The notes: generated by a model not told the origin, from the letters alone. A DNA stretch of 64,000 nucleotides from Candidatus Woesearchaeota archaeon (GCA_964448605.1 CAYUZV010000004.1:645-64644), one strand, 5' to 3'. Shown: positions 19,151-28,917, counted from the first letter of the stretch. Made by a program: numbers and translations.

Positions 19151-20638
19151 CTATCGAACTCGCCTCCGCCTTATAATCGCCCTAATCAGTTTAGGAGTAA
19201 TTGTCTGATGCGAAAACTTCCTTTTCAAGATTTCAATATTCTTATTAGCCCACATCTTCTTCATCCTATCACTCTCAATAACATGCACCATTTCATCAAC
19301 TGACTTTTTTGTAACTTCAAATTTATCCAATGCAACAACCTTGAACTTATATCTTGCTAAATCTCTGATAAAAACAGGATAAGTATAAACAGCAGGAATC
19401 AAACCAGCAGCCAAAACCTCCAAAAGATTATTTCCAAAACCCTCAATCTCACTAAAATAAGTTGTAATACCTCCCAACTTGCCAATAATCAAAGGCATTT
19501 CCTCAAATGAAATATCTGTCTTCTTGCAATCCTCTGCAAAAATCAAAAAAAACTTATTTGTTTTATATTTCTCTGAAAGTTTTTTATTCAATTTTATCAA
19601 ATCTTTTTTATAACCTCCTTTCTCATCACCACTCGGACCAGAAACTAAAAAAACCATTGCCTTCCTTTTCTTAATCTTTCTTAATCTTGAAAGCAATTCA
19701 TAAGAATATTCCAATGCAAAATCAATTCTTTTACGAGTAACAACTCTTGTATGCTGAAGACAAAACTGCACATCATCCAACTTCAACCTCCTTTTCTTAA
19801 GCAAATCCTTTATTTTAAAATCTTCTAAAAACTTCTCAGCCCTCTGATTAAACTTCTCATTCTCCAAATCCTCAACAGTATTTATCAAAGTTGAAGCAGT
19901 ATTATAAATAACAGCATGATTCTTCAACAAACTCTCAAAAATACCTGGACTCCTTTCATCAAGCTCCTTAATATATCTCTGTGCCTGTTCAAATTGCAAC
20001 TGATTTATAAAAACAATATAATCAACATATTTTCCAGGAACACCCTCTAACAAATAATTTTTAATATCAGAAGACGGATTTGCATATCTCTCCCTTTCCA
20101 AATGAGAATCATGCCACCAAAGAATATATTTGGGAGTTTTTCTACCACTTGCAATCTCATCCCGATAATACCTCGACAAAGCAACAGAAGTTATAAAATT
20201 TACAGGATGCGAAGTATTATGTGCAATAATAACATCTATCTTTTTATCACAAACAAATTTTTTTATCTCCTCTTTTGCTTTCCAAATAGCAATCTCAATT
20301 TTCTCACTCAAAGCACCACCAAAACCCTTCTTAAAATGTTTCTCCAAAAGTTTATTTGTCCGATTCTTATGCCACAAAATATTTTTCTGCCTTATATACG
20401 GCGAAGCTTTTTTTGCTTTTCCAACTAAATAATAAATATTTGACTTCGGAACTCCCATATCCTGAATCATCACACTTTCAACCTGCCTCATAACAATCGA
20501 AACACCATCAGCAAAACCAACCTGCGAATGAATCACTCCATAATTAATTTTAGGAATATCTTTTTTCCTTATCCTCTTAGAACTCTTCTTCAATCTCCCA
20601 ACATTTTTTTTCAATAATTCCTTAACATTTTTTTTCAT
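19151..20638 (-). CDS. glycosyltransferase, GT4-like (495 aa)
   Basis: E-x7-E region SEIEGFGNNLLEVLAAGLIPAV and a two-Rossmann layout. Specificity unknown. Confidence 0.65.
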   Translation of the reverse strand: MKKNVKELLKKNVGRLKKSSKRIRKKDIPKINYGVIHSQVGFADGVSIVMRQVESVMIQDMGVPKSNIYYLVGKAKKASPYIRQKNILWHKNRTNKLLEKHFKKGFGGALSEKIEIAIWKAKEEIKKFVCDKKIDVIIAHNTSHPVNFITSVALSRYYRDEIASGRKTPKYILWWHDSHLERERYANPSSDIKNYLLEGVPGKYVDYIVFINQLQFEQAQRYIKELDERSPGIFESLLKNHAVIYNTASTLINTVEDLENEKFNQRAEKFLEDFKIKDLLKKRRLKLDDVQFCLQHTRVVTRKRIDFALEYSYELLSRLRKIKKRKAMVFLVSGPSGDEKGGYKKDLIKLNKKLSEKYKTNKFFLIFAEDCKKTDISFEEMPLIIGKLGGITTYFSEIEGFGNNLLEVLAAGLIPAVYTYPVFIRDLARYKFKVVALDKFEVTKKSVDEMVHVIESDRMKKMWANKNIEILKRKFSHQTITPKLIRAIIRRRRVR

Positions 20639-20756
20639 TTTTCAATTCCAAACTATAAAATATCTTTTTCTTTATATAATTTTTCCTTTTAACAAAACTT
20701 TCTGCTTTTAAATCCTTCGCATAACTTCAATATCCCTTGAAGTTATCTTACTACAA

Positions 20757-20850
20757 AACTCTACCTACTCAAAATAAATTAAGAAATTCATCAGTTACCA
20801 AAAAGATAAAAGCATCCTTAACAAAATCAGAATACGAGTAAAAGATAATC
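20757..20850 (+). repeat. degenerate copy C of the repeated intergenic element
   Basis: CTCTACCTACTC..., ATCAGTTACCAAAAAGATAAAAGCA and TACGAGTAAAAGA align with copies A and B. Lies just upstream of tRNA-Cys. Confidence 0.4.
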
Positions 20851-20897
20851 AACCACATTCATTAAATTTAAAAACAGCACAATCCTAAAAGTTTCAT

Positions 20898-20969
20898 GCA
20901 CGGATGGCACAGTGGTACTGCGCGGGGCTGCAGACCTCGTTTTCGGGAGTTCGATTCTCCCTCCGTGCT
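20898..20969 (+). tRNA. tRNA-Cys (anticodon GCA)
   Basis: Acceptor GCACGGA/TCCGTGC, anticodon arm CGGGG CTGCAGA CCTCG, T arm GGGAG TTCGATT CTCCC. Confidence 0.85.
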
Positions 20970-20975
20970 TTTTAT

Positions 20976-21392
20976 CTACAACAATCTAACAAAATCAAAA
21001 TCATTCTTAACTTTTTCAAAAAGTTTCTTATCAGAAGTTACAAAATCAATATCAACTAATTCAGCCAAAGCAATATAATATGAATCATAAACTGACAAGT
21101 TATATTTCACAGAAATTTCAATAGATCTATCCAAAATTTCTTTTCTTGGAGTTATAATATCCAAACTCATAAGAAATAAGGACTCTACTGCATCTCTAAT
21201 ATCAATCTCATCAAAATCAGTATTAAATCTCAGAGCATTAGAAACTTCATAAAAAGTCAAATCAGGAATTAAGATATCTATTTCCTGATTAATAAATTGC
21301 TCCCTAATATCTAAAGCCTGCTTTCTTTTATCCTCTCGAGTAAACCATTTAACTATCACAGAAGCATCTAAAACTAAAGTATATCTCTCCAT
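20976..21392 (-). CDS. vapC: PIN-domain toxin (VapC-like)
   Basis: Acidic PIN residues in context: VLDASVIVK, FYEVSNAL, SVYDSYYIALAE, FVTSDKKL. Confidence 0.85.
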   Translation of the reverse strand: MERYTLVLDASVIVKWFTREDKRKQALDIREQFINQEIDILIPDLTFYEVSNALRFNTDFDEIDIRDAVESLFLMSLDIITPRKEILDRSIEISVKYNLSVYDSYYIALAELVDIDFVTSDKKLFEKVKNDFDFVRLL

Positions 21393-21556
21393 TTTCTAAT
21401 CTCATTCTCACCAGACCAAGAACCACTTTTTTCACTTAATCTATCCTGAATTTCTACTGCCCTATTAACAGCAGACACATCTCTCAATCCTGAAGTTATA
21501 AACAAATCTATTTTATTTTTCTTCAGATTTTTATTCTTATTTAAATCAATTTTCAT
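21374..21556 (-). CDS. putative cognate antitoxin (60 aa)
   Basis: Small ORF overlapping the vapC start by 19 nt. The C-terminal WSGENEIRKWRD resembles archaeal VapB-type antitoxin tails. Confidence 0.55.
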   Translation of the reverse strand: MKIDLNKNKNLKKNKIDLFITSGLRDVSAVNRAVEIQDRLSEKSGSWSGENEIRKWRDIL

Positions 21557-21645
21557 AAAAATATCAGGATAAAAGGGTTTATAGGTTTTGTTGTTTTAAT
21601 AAAATTACTAGTAAATTTTATATAGTTAAACTAATTATTCATTAT

Positions 21646-22017
21646 ATGAAAAAAGAAGGAATGCCTGGAAAAGATTTAACTATTATTGTTTTAGTTTTGA
21701 TAATTATAGGTTTAATCTTCTTTTCCTTCTTGGATACAGAAGAACAAGAGGACACAAACTTAGAAAATATAAAATCTTCTAACCCCTCTACAATAAAAGA
21801 TTGTGTGGAGTTAGGAGAATATTCTCAAACAAAATATGAAGAATGTGTAAGGATTGGAGAAACAGAGTATAGTGAATATAGGGGAGGGATAACAATGGGA
21901 TGTTCAAATTCCGTAGGTGCCCCTACAGAGTTTTGTAAGGAATTGGTGTTGGTTTGCAGATATAACTTCCCTTCAAAACAAGAAGTTTTTGCAAATTGTT
22001 TTAGATATATACAATAA
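21646..22017 (+). CDS. membrane-anchored Cys-rich small protein (123 aa)
   Basis: N-terminal TM (LTIIVLVLIIIGLIFFSF) followed by 6 Cys in the ectodomain. Confidence 0.5.
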   Translation: MKKEGMPGKDLTIIVLVLIIIGLIFFSFLDTEEQEDTNLENIKSSNPSTIKDCVELGEYSQTKYEECVRIGETEYSEYRGGITMGCSNSVGAPTEFCKELVLVCRYNFPSKQEVFANCFRYIQ

Positions 22018-22108
22018 ATTCCTCAAGCTATTTAATTTATATATTACTATAAAGTGATAACAAAATAGAAAGATTTATAAATAAGATTTTATAATCAGAA
22101 TTAAGAAC

Positions 22109-23206
22109 ATGGAGAATAAATTTAAATGTCCGTTATGTGAATCGCCTCTTTCTGAAAGTCGCTACTATGAAATAATTGGAGTTTGGGAAGAAAAAAAGAA
22201 ATTTGAAAAAGACCTTAAAAAACAATTGATTATTGCAGAAGAAACAAAAAAGAAATTGCTTGAGGAAAAAAAAGCAATTCAACAAAATTTCATTAAGGAA
22301 AAATCTAACTTAAAAAAACAATTAGAAAAAGAAAAGTTAGAAATGGAAAAAAGATCTAAAAAAGAAATAATTAAAGCTAAAAAAGAAGGTGAAGAAGAAG
22401 GAAAAAAACATGAGAAAAAACGTTCAGAAAAACTTTCTAAAATGTTAGAAGGAAAAATGAAAGAAATTGAATCTGCTAATAAGACTATCGGAGAGTTAAA
22501 AGAACAAATTAAAAAAGGGACAACCCCCCAAATTGAAGGATTAAATCTTGAAGAAGAATTAGTTAAGGAGTTAAAAAATAGGTTTCCTGAAGATGATATA
22601 ATCCATAAAGGACATGCAGGCGATATTTTACATTATATTATGTATAAAAGAAAACAGATAGGGCTAATTGTTTATGAATGCAAAAAAACTCAAAAATTTC
22701 AAAAATCTTATATTACTCAAATAAAAAATGATGTTGTTAAGAAAACTGCTAGTTTCGGAGTTCTTGTAACAACTGCTTCTGAAAAAGACAGAGCAGGTTT
22801 TTGGATTGATAATGATATTCTAATTGTTCATCCTTATGGCACTATTTATATTGCAGAGATTATAAGAAGATGGATTGTTAGCATTTATGCTTTAAAATTA
22901 AATGAAACAGAAATGAATGAATGTGCGAAAAAACTATTAGAATATATCAAAAGTGACAGATTTAAAAATGCTGTTAGAGATACAATATATAGAGCAAAAG
23001 AACTTAATGAACTTTTGATTAAGGAAGCAAAAACTCATGAGAATATTTGGAAAAAAAGAAAGCAACATTATGACTCTATATACCGAAATTCTGATTCAAT
23101 TAAAAATGATTCCTTAGCTATTGTTAGAAATGAAGAAGAAAATTTTGAGGATACCTTAGAAAAAGGTTTAGCTGTTTCTAAGATCTCTTCCCTTCAAATC
23201 CCATAA
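22109..23206 (+). CDS. DUF2130-like protein: Zn ribbon, long coiled coil and PD-(D/E)xK-like C-terminal domain
   Basis: CPLCESPL at the N-terminus, about 130 aa of K/E heptads, then GDILHYI...IGLIVYECKKTQKF...FGVLVTT. Confidence 0.55.
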   Translation: MENKFKCPLCESPLSESRYYEIIGVWEEKKKFEKDLKKQLIIAEETKKKLLEEKKAIQQNFIKEKSNLKKQLEKEKLEMEKRSKKEIIKAKKEGEEEGKKHEKKRSEKLSKMLEGKMKEIESANKTIGELKEQIKKGTTPQIEGLNLEEELVKELKNRFPEDDIIHKGHAGDILHYIMYKRKQIGLIVYECKKTQKFQKSYITQIKNDVVKKTASFGVLVTTASEKDRAGFWIDNDILIVHPYGTIYIAEIIRRWIVSIYALKLNETEMNECAKKLLEYIKSDRFKNAVRDTIYRAKELNELLIKEAKTHENIWKKRKQHYDSIYRNSDSIKNDSLAIVRNEEENFEDTLEKGLAVSKISSLQIP

Positions 23207-23571
23207 AACCCTCTCAAAACATCACAAATAGGATTATTCTTTAATCTTTTTCTTTTGATATCCTCTAAAACATTATAAGCAAGTTCAGAAATTCCTATGA
23301 ATTTTTCTTCAAATCTTAATATTAAAGAGGCAGTAAATGGGCTAATTAAAAACTTATAATTAAGAGAATTGTTTTTAGGATAAATTAAACCCTGGGTTTT
23401 TGCAGAAGATAATATTTTTTCTAAATCTTCTGGGAAATTTAAGTTTCTTTCAGGGCAAATTTGTTCAAAGGAATCTCTAAATTCATCTAAAACAATAATA
23501 TTATGAAAACTTAAAATTCTGTATTCTGCAAAAAATTGCCTTGCAAAATCATAAATTTCTTGATTATTCAT
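23194..23571 (-). CDS. hypothetical protein (125 aa)
   Basis: Clean ORF convergent with the DUF2130-like gene (13-nt overlap). No motif recognised. Confidence 0.45.
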   Translation of the reverse strand: MNNQEIYDFARQFFAEYRILSFHNIIVLDEFRDSFEQICPERNLNFPEDLEKILSSAKTQGLIYPKNNSLNYKFLISPFTASLILRFEEKFIGISELAYNVLEDIKRKRLKNNPICDVLRGFYGI

Positions 23572-23841
23572 TTTTAAGAGAACTTTTTAAATATAATTAT
23601 TTTCCAACAACAACCCTTAAAAACCCCCTCCCATTCCCAAAACCATGAAACACCAAAAAACAATAACAATCCTAATCTTGATGAAAATAATAATCTTCTT
23701 CCTAATCATAATACTTAACTTCCAATCTAATTCTCCAATAACTGGAATAATCTAAATAACAACTTATCTAACTCCTCGCCTCAAATTCAAACTAAACAAC
23801 ACCAAAACAAAACTTATAAACTCCTTTTCAATCACTAAAAT

Positions 23842-25527
23842 ATGTTCATAACTAAAAAAAACATCAATGGAAAAGATTACTATTATCTCCAAAAATCAGA
23901 AAGACAAGGAGACAAAATAATCAGCAAATCAATTGCATATTTAGGAAAAGACAAAAAAGAAGCAGAAGAAAAAGCAGAAGAAATAAAAAACAACATACCC
24001 AAACCTTCTCCAGAAAAAATCCCTCTCAATGAAGAAGAACTTAAAAAAAGAAAAGAAAAGGCAGAAAAAGAACTAACAATAGAAGATTTAGCAAACTTTT
24101 GCAAGGAAAAAGGATTTGTATTCAGATCAAGCGACATCTACGGAGGATTTGCAGGATTCTGGGATTTTGGTCCCTTAGGAATTGAACTTTTTAATAACAT
24201 AAAACAAAACTGGTGGAACTTTTTTGTAAAATCAAGAGAAAATATCTTAGGAATGGAAGCAAGTGTAATCAGTCATCCCAAAACATGGGAAGCATCAGGA
24301 CATATTGAAAGTTTTACTGATGTTGCAGTAATCTGCAAAGAATGTAAAAAAGCAACAAAAATAGATAAATCAGAGATAGGAAAAGTAAAATGCGAATGTG
24401 GAGGAGAATTTAAGGTCCAGGGAGAATTCAGTTTAATGTATAAAACAAAAGTAGGTGCATTAGAACCCACAGATGCCTACCTAAGAGGTGAAACAGCACA
24501 AGGAATGTTCCTCGACTTCAAACTAATCCAACAAACCTCAAGAAAAAACCTCCCATTCGGAATCGCTCAAATCGGAAGATGTTTCAGAAATGAAATAGCA
24601 CCAAGAGATTTCTTATTCAGAAGCAGAGAATTCCACATAGGAGAATTTGAATTCTTCATTCATCCAGAAGAAAAAACCTGTCATCTTTTAGAAGAAATTC
24701 ACAAAGAAATAAAAATAAAATTCTTAGATGCAGAAACACAAGAAAAAAATTCCAAAGAACTTAAAGAAACAACAATTGAACAAATCCTAAAAGAAAAAAG
24801 ATTAGAAGAATGGCATGCCTACTGGTTAGCAGAACAAATTCTCTGGTTTGAATCAATTGGTTTAACAGAAATAAAAATAAGAGAACACACAAAAGAAGAA
24901 CTAAGCCATTACTCTTCAGCAACTTTTGACATAGATTATGATTATCCTTTTGGAAGCAAAGAAGTTGCAGGAAATGCAAATAGAGGACAATACGATTTAA
25001 AACAACACGAAGAATTCTCAAAACAAAAAATGGAAATATATGATGAAAAAACAAAACAAAAAGTAATTCCAAGAGTAATTGAACCAACATTTGGAATGGA
25101 AAGAGTTTTCTTAGCAATCCTTACAAAAGCATATACCTATAACTTAAACAGAGATTACATAGTTTTAAAAATTCCTCCAAAATTAGCACCAATAAAAGCA
25201 GCAATATTTCCCATAATAAAACAACCTGAATACGAAGAGATAGCAGAAAAGATAATCAAAGAACTAAAAACCGAATTCAATATAACCTACGACAAATCAG
25301 GTTCAATTGGAAGAAGATATGCAAGAAATGATGAAATCGGAACACCCTACTGCATAACAATAGATGAAAAATCCCCTAATCAAAACGATGTAACAATTAG
25401 AGACAGAGACACAACTCATCAAATAAGAGTAAAAATAGAAAACTTAAAAGAAATCTTCAAAAAATTAATATCACAGGAAATCACATTTGAACAAGCAGGA
25501 AAATCAACAGAGACGAGAAAGAAATAA
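23842..25527 (+). CDS. glyS: glycyl-tRNA synthetase (archaeal/eukaryotic alpha2 type) with a ~78-aa N-terminal extension
   Basis: KGFVFRSSDIYGGFAGFWDFGPLGIELFNNIK, RGETAQGMF, FRNEIAPR, EPTFGMERV, and an anticodon-binding C-terminus. Confidence 0.9.
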   Translation: MFITKKNINGKDYYYLQKSERQGDKIISKSIAYLGKDKKEAEEKAEEIKNNIPKPSPEKIPLNEEELKKRKEKAEKELTIEDLANFCKEKGFVFRSSDIYGGFAGFWDFGPLGIELFNNIKQNWWNFFVKSRENILGMEASVISHPKTWEASGHIESFTDVAVICKECKKATKIDKSEIGKVKCECGGEFKVQGEFSLMYKTKVGALEPTDAYLRGETAQGMFLDFKLIQQTSRKNLPFGIAQIGRCFRNEIAPRDFLFRSREFHIGEFEFFIHPEEKTCHLLEEIHKEIKIKFLDAETQEKNSKELKETTIEQILKEKRLEEWHAYWLAEQILWFESIGLTEIKIREHTKEELSHYSSATFDIDYDYPFGSKEVAGNANRGQYDLKQHEEFSKQKMEIYDEKTKQKVIPRVIEPTFGMERVFLAILTKAYTYNLNRDYIVLKIPPKLAPIKAAIFPIIKQPEYEEIAEKIIKELKTEFNITYDKSGSIGRRYARNDEIGTPYCITIDEKSPNQNDVTIRDRDTTHQIRVKIENLKEIFKKLISQEITFEQAGKSTETRKK

Positions 25528-25556
25528 ATTTTTAAACACAAATACTTTAAATCTAA

Positions 25557-25847
25557 ATGGAACTTAACAAAAAAAAGTTGTGGATTGATATTTTACTTTT
25601 CATAGATTTTCTAATATTAGCAATTTCAGGATTTATTCTAAAATTTCTTTACCTTACTGGAGAAGGAAGTGGAAAAGCAGGAGTAATTTTCCTATTTGAC
25701 AGATTCACATGGCTAAGAATCCACAACATAACTGCAATAATAATAACTCTTTTAGTAATCGTCCATATCATCCTTAACTGGAATTGGATTAAAAGTATGC
25801 TATTCAAAAAACAATCTAAATCCTTAAATACAAATAAAGATTTATAA
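25557..25847 (+). CDS. small membrane protein (96 aa, 3 TM)
   Basis: Three hydrophobic helices. Lies 3 nt upstream of the HIT gene. Confidence 0.45.
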   Translation: MELNKKKLWIDILLFIDFLILAISGFILKFLYLTGEGSGKAGVIFLFDRFTWLRIHNITAIIITLLVIVHIILNWNWIKSMLFKKQSKSLNTNKDL

Positions 25848-25850
25848 AAG

Positions 25851-26312
25851 ATGCAACAAGAAACAAATAAACAAAAAATTGAAGAACTCAAAAAAAGAAT
25901 TGAACACGACAAAGAAAAATTAGAAGAACTTGGAGATAACCCTGACGAACAACCTAAAGAAGAGAATTGCGTTTTCTGTAAAATACTAAGAGGAGAAATC
26001 CCTCCTGGAAAAGGAAAAATCTATGAAAACAAAAACTTTATTGCATTATTTGACATCGAACCTCTTGTAGATGGACATGCATTAGTTATTCCAAAAAACC
26101 ATTATGAAACAATTTTAGATTTACCAAACACACTGGGAACAGAATTTGTAGATGCAATTAAAAAAACAGCACTAACTTTAATACATCAAAAAAAAGGAGA
26201 AGCATTCAACATTCTAATTAACAATTTCAAAACCTCTGGACAGGTTGTCCCCCACCTCCACGCCCACATTTTCCCAAGAAACAAAGGAGATGATTTTAAG
26301 GTTATAAGTTAA
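25851..26312 (+). CDS. HIT-family nucleotide hydrolase/transferase
   Basis: CVFCKI..., DGHALVIPKNH and the histidine triad HLHAHIFPR. Confidence 0.8.
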   Translation: MQQETNKQKIEELKKRIEHDKEKLEELGDNPDEQPKEENCVFCKILRGEIPPGKGKIYENKNFIALFDIEPLVDGHALVIPKNHYETILDLPNTLGTEFVDAIKKTALTLIHQKKGEAFNILINNFKTSGQVVPHLHAHIFPRNKGDDFKVIS

Positions 26313-26509
26313 CTCCCATCAGAATTCTACAATCTTTACTAAAAGGCTCTAAATCTAAAACCTGAAATATTTCAAGATAAAACTCCTGAGAAACATAAGG
26401 GCTCTTCATAGGCCACTCCTCTCCAGATGAATATAATCCATCAAAAGCCCTTTCAACACTCAACCTATTAACCATAATATTATATAATCAAGAAATTATT
26501 TAAATCTTC

Positions 26510-27391
26510 TTAAACCCCTGCCCCAAACACCCACCTAACCAAATAACCAATCCCAAATGAAATCACAGCTACACCAAGGCTAATCAAAGCCATAGACCAA
26601 AACTCCTTTTTAAAATCAACATCTCTTGCAACTGAAACATAAAAAGTAAACAAAAAAATAATAATAACTGCATTTGCCATCATCCAAACCAAAGAACCAT
26701 ACAAATTACCAATCACTAAATAAGGAAATATCAAAAAACTAACAGTAATCAAATATGCAATACCTGTATAAATTGATGCTTTAACAGGATGTTTTCCTTC
26801 ATTCTCTTTAGACCCTTCCTCAGAACGAGTAGACAAATATTCAGAAGCACCCATAGATAAAGAAGCAGCAATTCCAGTAACTAAACCAGCCATGGCAATT
26901 AATTGAGAATCCTGCAATGCAAAAGTCAAACCAGCCAAAGCACCAGTCAACTCAACCAAAGCATCATTCAAACCCAAAACAATTGAACCAACATACTTTA
27001 ACTTTTCTTCATTCAACAATCTAATCAACTTTTCCTCATGTTCATTTTCCTCTCTAACAATTTCCCTTGCCTCAATAATCTCTTCTGAAATTTTCTCATA
27101 ATTAACACCTGCCCTTTCCTCACTTTTTTCCATCAACCTCAAACCAAAAGTCAATCCAAATATTTTAGAAACAACATAATAAAAAAATATATTAAAACGA
27201 CTTGGTTTAATTTCCTCTCCAGTATATTTCTTCCAAGTCTCATAATGACTTAACTCATCACCTGAAATCTCACTCAAAACTCGTTTATTATCCTCATCCC
27301 TCACAGAATTAGCAAGCATCTTATAAATAAAATGTTCAGTAATCTCACTCTTCTGTGCAATCAACAATTTCCTTTTTAATTCAGGATTCAT
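26510..27391 (-). CDS. VIT1/CCC1-family iron/manganese transporter with N-terminal ferritin/rubrerythrin-like domain
   Basis: ITEHFIYKMLAN...GDELSHYETW (ferritin-like), then GLNDALVELTGALAG and a TM-rich C-terminus. The track ORF runs to 27529; Met47 (27391, MNPELKRK) is the plausible start. Confidence 0.7.
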   Translation of the reverse strand: MNPELKRKLLIAQKSEITEHFIYKMLANSVRDEDNKRVLSEISGDELSHYETWKKYTGEEIKPSRFNIFFYYVVSKIFGLTFGLRLMEKSEERAGVNYEKISEEIIEAREIVREENEHEEKLIRLLNEEKLKYVGSIVLGLNDALVELTGALAGLTFALQDSQLIAMAGLVTGIAASLSMGASEYLSTRSEEGSKENEGKHPVKASIYTGIAYLITVSFLIFPYLVIGNLYGSLVWMMANAVIIIFLFTFYVSVARDVDFKKEFWSMALISLGVAVISFGIGYLVRWVFGAGV

Positions 27392-27620
27392 AAATGCAAC
27401 TACAAAAAAGATTATATAAAGATTTTTAAATCCAACTTCTATAAAAAAATATGAAAAAACTTCAAAGAGTATAGAGAAGTAGATGACTTTTTCACAGGAA
27501 GACACAGCACAAGAGCATATAATCACCATATATCTCTTGTAAGAGAATGTTTACCAAAAACAATTTCTGCTTATAAAATAAGAAAAACTAATCCTGAACT
27601 TATTCCAGAAGCAATTCCTG

Positions 27621-27845
27621 ATGAACATTTCCACCTTTCTGACTTCTACTGCAATTTACATAGGAATAATGCCTTTCTTTTCAAATGAAAATCTTTACGA
27701 AACAATAGCTTTAACAAGCACAGTTTTAGGTACAAAATTAGGAACTTATCTAATTACAAAAAAAGACAGAACTGAAATGAAAAGAGTAGAAGATGAAATT
27801 GTAAAACACCTAAGAGAACAAGAACAAAATGAAAAAGAAGGTTAA
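27621..27845 (+). CDS. hypothetical small protein (74 aa)
   Basis: ATG ORF with one or two hydrophobic segments. Weak support. Confidence 0.3.
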   Translation: MNISTFLTSTAIYIGIMPFFSNENLYETIALTSTVLGTKLGTYLITKKDRTEMKRVEDEIVKHLREQEQNEKEG

Positions 27846-27902
27846 GAATGGAAAAGAAGAACCGATTACGAATTTTAATATCCTAAAATTTCTCTCTTAA
27901 AT

Positions 27903-28451
27903 CTAACTCTCCAATTTCTTATAACCAAGCCAAATTAAAATAACTAAAACAACTCCTAAAATCAGAGTTCTTATCCAGTTGTTTAATTCAGACCAATATT
28001 GAGCAGTTCCAAAAAATATCAAAAAACTTCCACCAAGCATTAATCCAGAACTCACACTTGGCAAAGCTAATACAATACCAACTGAAATTGCAATCAACCC
28101 AACAATCGCACCCACAACAAACATAACTAACCTATGTTTATCCCTTGCCTGTTCATAATCCTCATTACACTTATAATAATAATCACAATAACCATTAATC
28201 CATTTACCACCCTCTTCCTCGCATTCAACTTGTCCAATACTTCCATTCCTAACATCTGGAATAACTCTTGGCACCTTCACCTCTCCACAAAAATCATTAT
28301 AATCAGGACTTGGATAAATACTCTCAACCAAATAAATCACAAAACCTGCTAAAACAATAGCAATAACTATACTCAAAATAACCGTTTTCACCTTTCGCGA
28401 AGTAGCACTATCAAATTTAAATTTATTGCCCATAACCAACATAATCCCCAA
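27903..28451 (-). CDS. membrane protein with Cys-rich extracytoplasmic loop (182 aa)
   Basis: TM1, then a loop with 5 Cys (FCGEVK...QVECEEEGGKWINGYCDYYYKC), then 3 TM helices. Confidence 0.5.
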   Translation of the reverse strand: MGIMLVMGNKFKFDSATSRKVKTVILSIVIAIVLAGFVIYLVESIYPSPDYNDFCGEVKVPRVIPDVRNGSIGQVECEEEGGKWINGYCDYYYKCNEDYEQARDKHRLVMFVVGAIVGLIAISVGIVLALPSVSSGLMLGGSFLIFFGTAQYWSELNNWIRTLILGVVLVILIWLGYKKLES

Positions 28452-28492
28452 ACTTTATAAACTTATCCAAGGCTTCAATAATTAGAGGCAAA

Positions 28493-28566
28493 TGGCTACT
28501 CCGGGAATTGAACCCGGGACCTCGGCCTCATGAGAGCCGCACTCTAACCTACTGAGCTAAGTAGCC
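28493..28566 (-). tRNA. tRNA with CAT anticodon (elongator Met, or Ile2 if C34 is modified)
   Basis: Reverse complement: GGCTACT TA GCTC AGTAGGTTA GAGT G CGGCT CTCATGA GGCCG AGGTC CCGGG TTCAATT CCCGG AGTAGCC A. Lacks the AGCGGG initiator-type start. Confidence 0.85.
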
Positions 28567-28641
28567 AAAAATACAAAAGATAATCTATTTAAAAACCTAA
28601 CGAAACCCAAAATATTAAAAACTATCATATCCTGCAATATT

Positions 28642-28917
28642 ATGGCAAACATACCTCTTTTATCACCATTAGAAACAGCAGAAACAATCTCAAATATAAC
28701 CACAACCCTTCCCCCAAATATAATTGAGGGAATTGCAGGACTCATTATGCTCCTAAAAGCAATTGGAATTTTCTTCCTAATTTACCTAACAATTTTAATA
28801 ATAACAACCATAATGAATATAAGAAGATATTACATGATAAAAAAACTTCTAAACCTTACAGAAGAAATCCATAAAAAAATCTATAAGAAAACAGAGAAAG
28901 AAAATAAAAAAGATTAA
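28642..28917 (+). CDS. small membrane protein (91 aa)
   Basis: One long TM (IAGLIMLLKAIGIFFLIYLTILIITTIM) and a Lys-rich tail. Confidence 0.4.
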   Translation: MANIPLLSPLETAETISNITTTLPPNIIEGIAGLIMLLKAIGIFFLIYLTILIITTIMNIRRYYMIKKLLNLTEEIHKKIYKKTEKENKKD

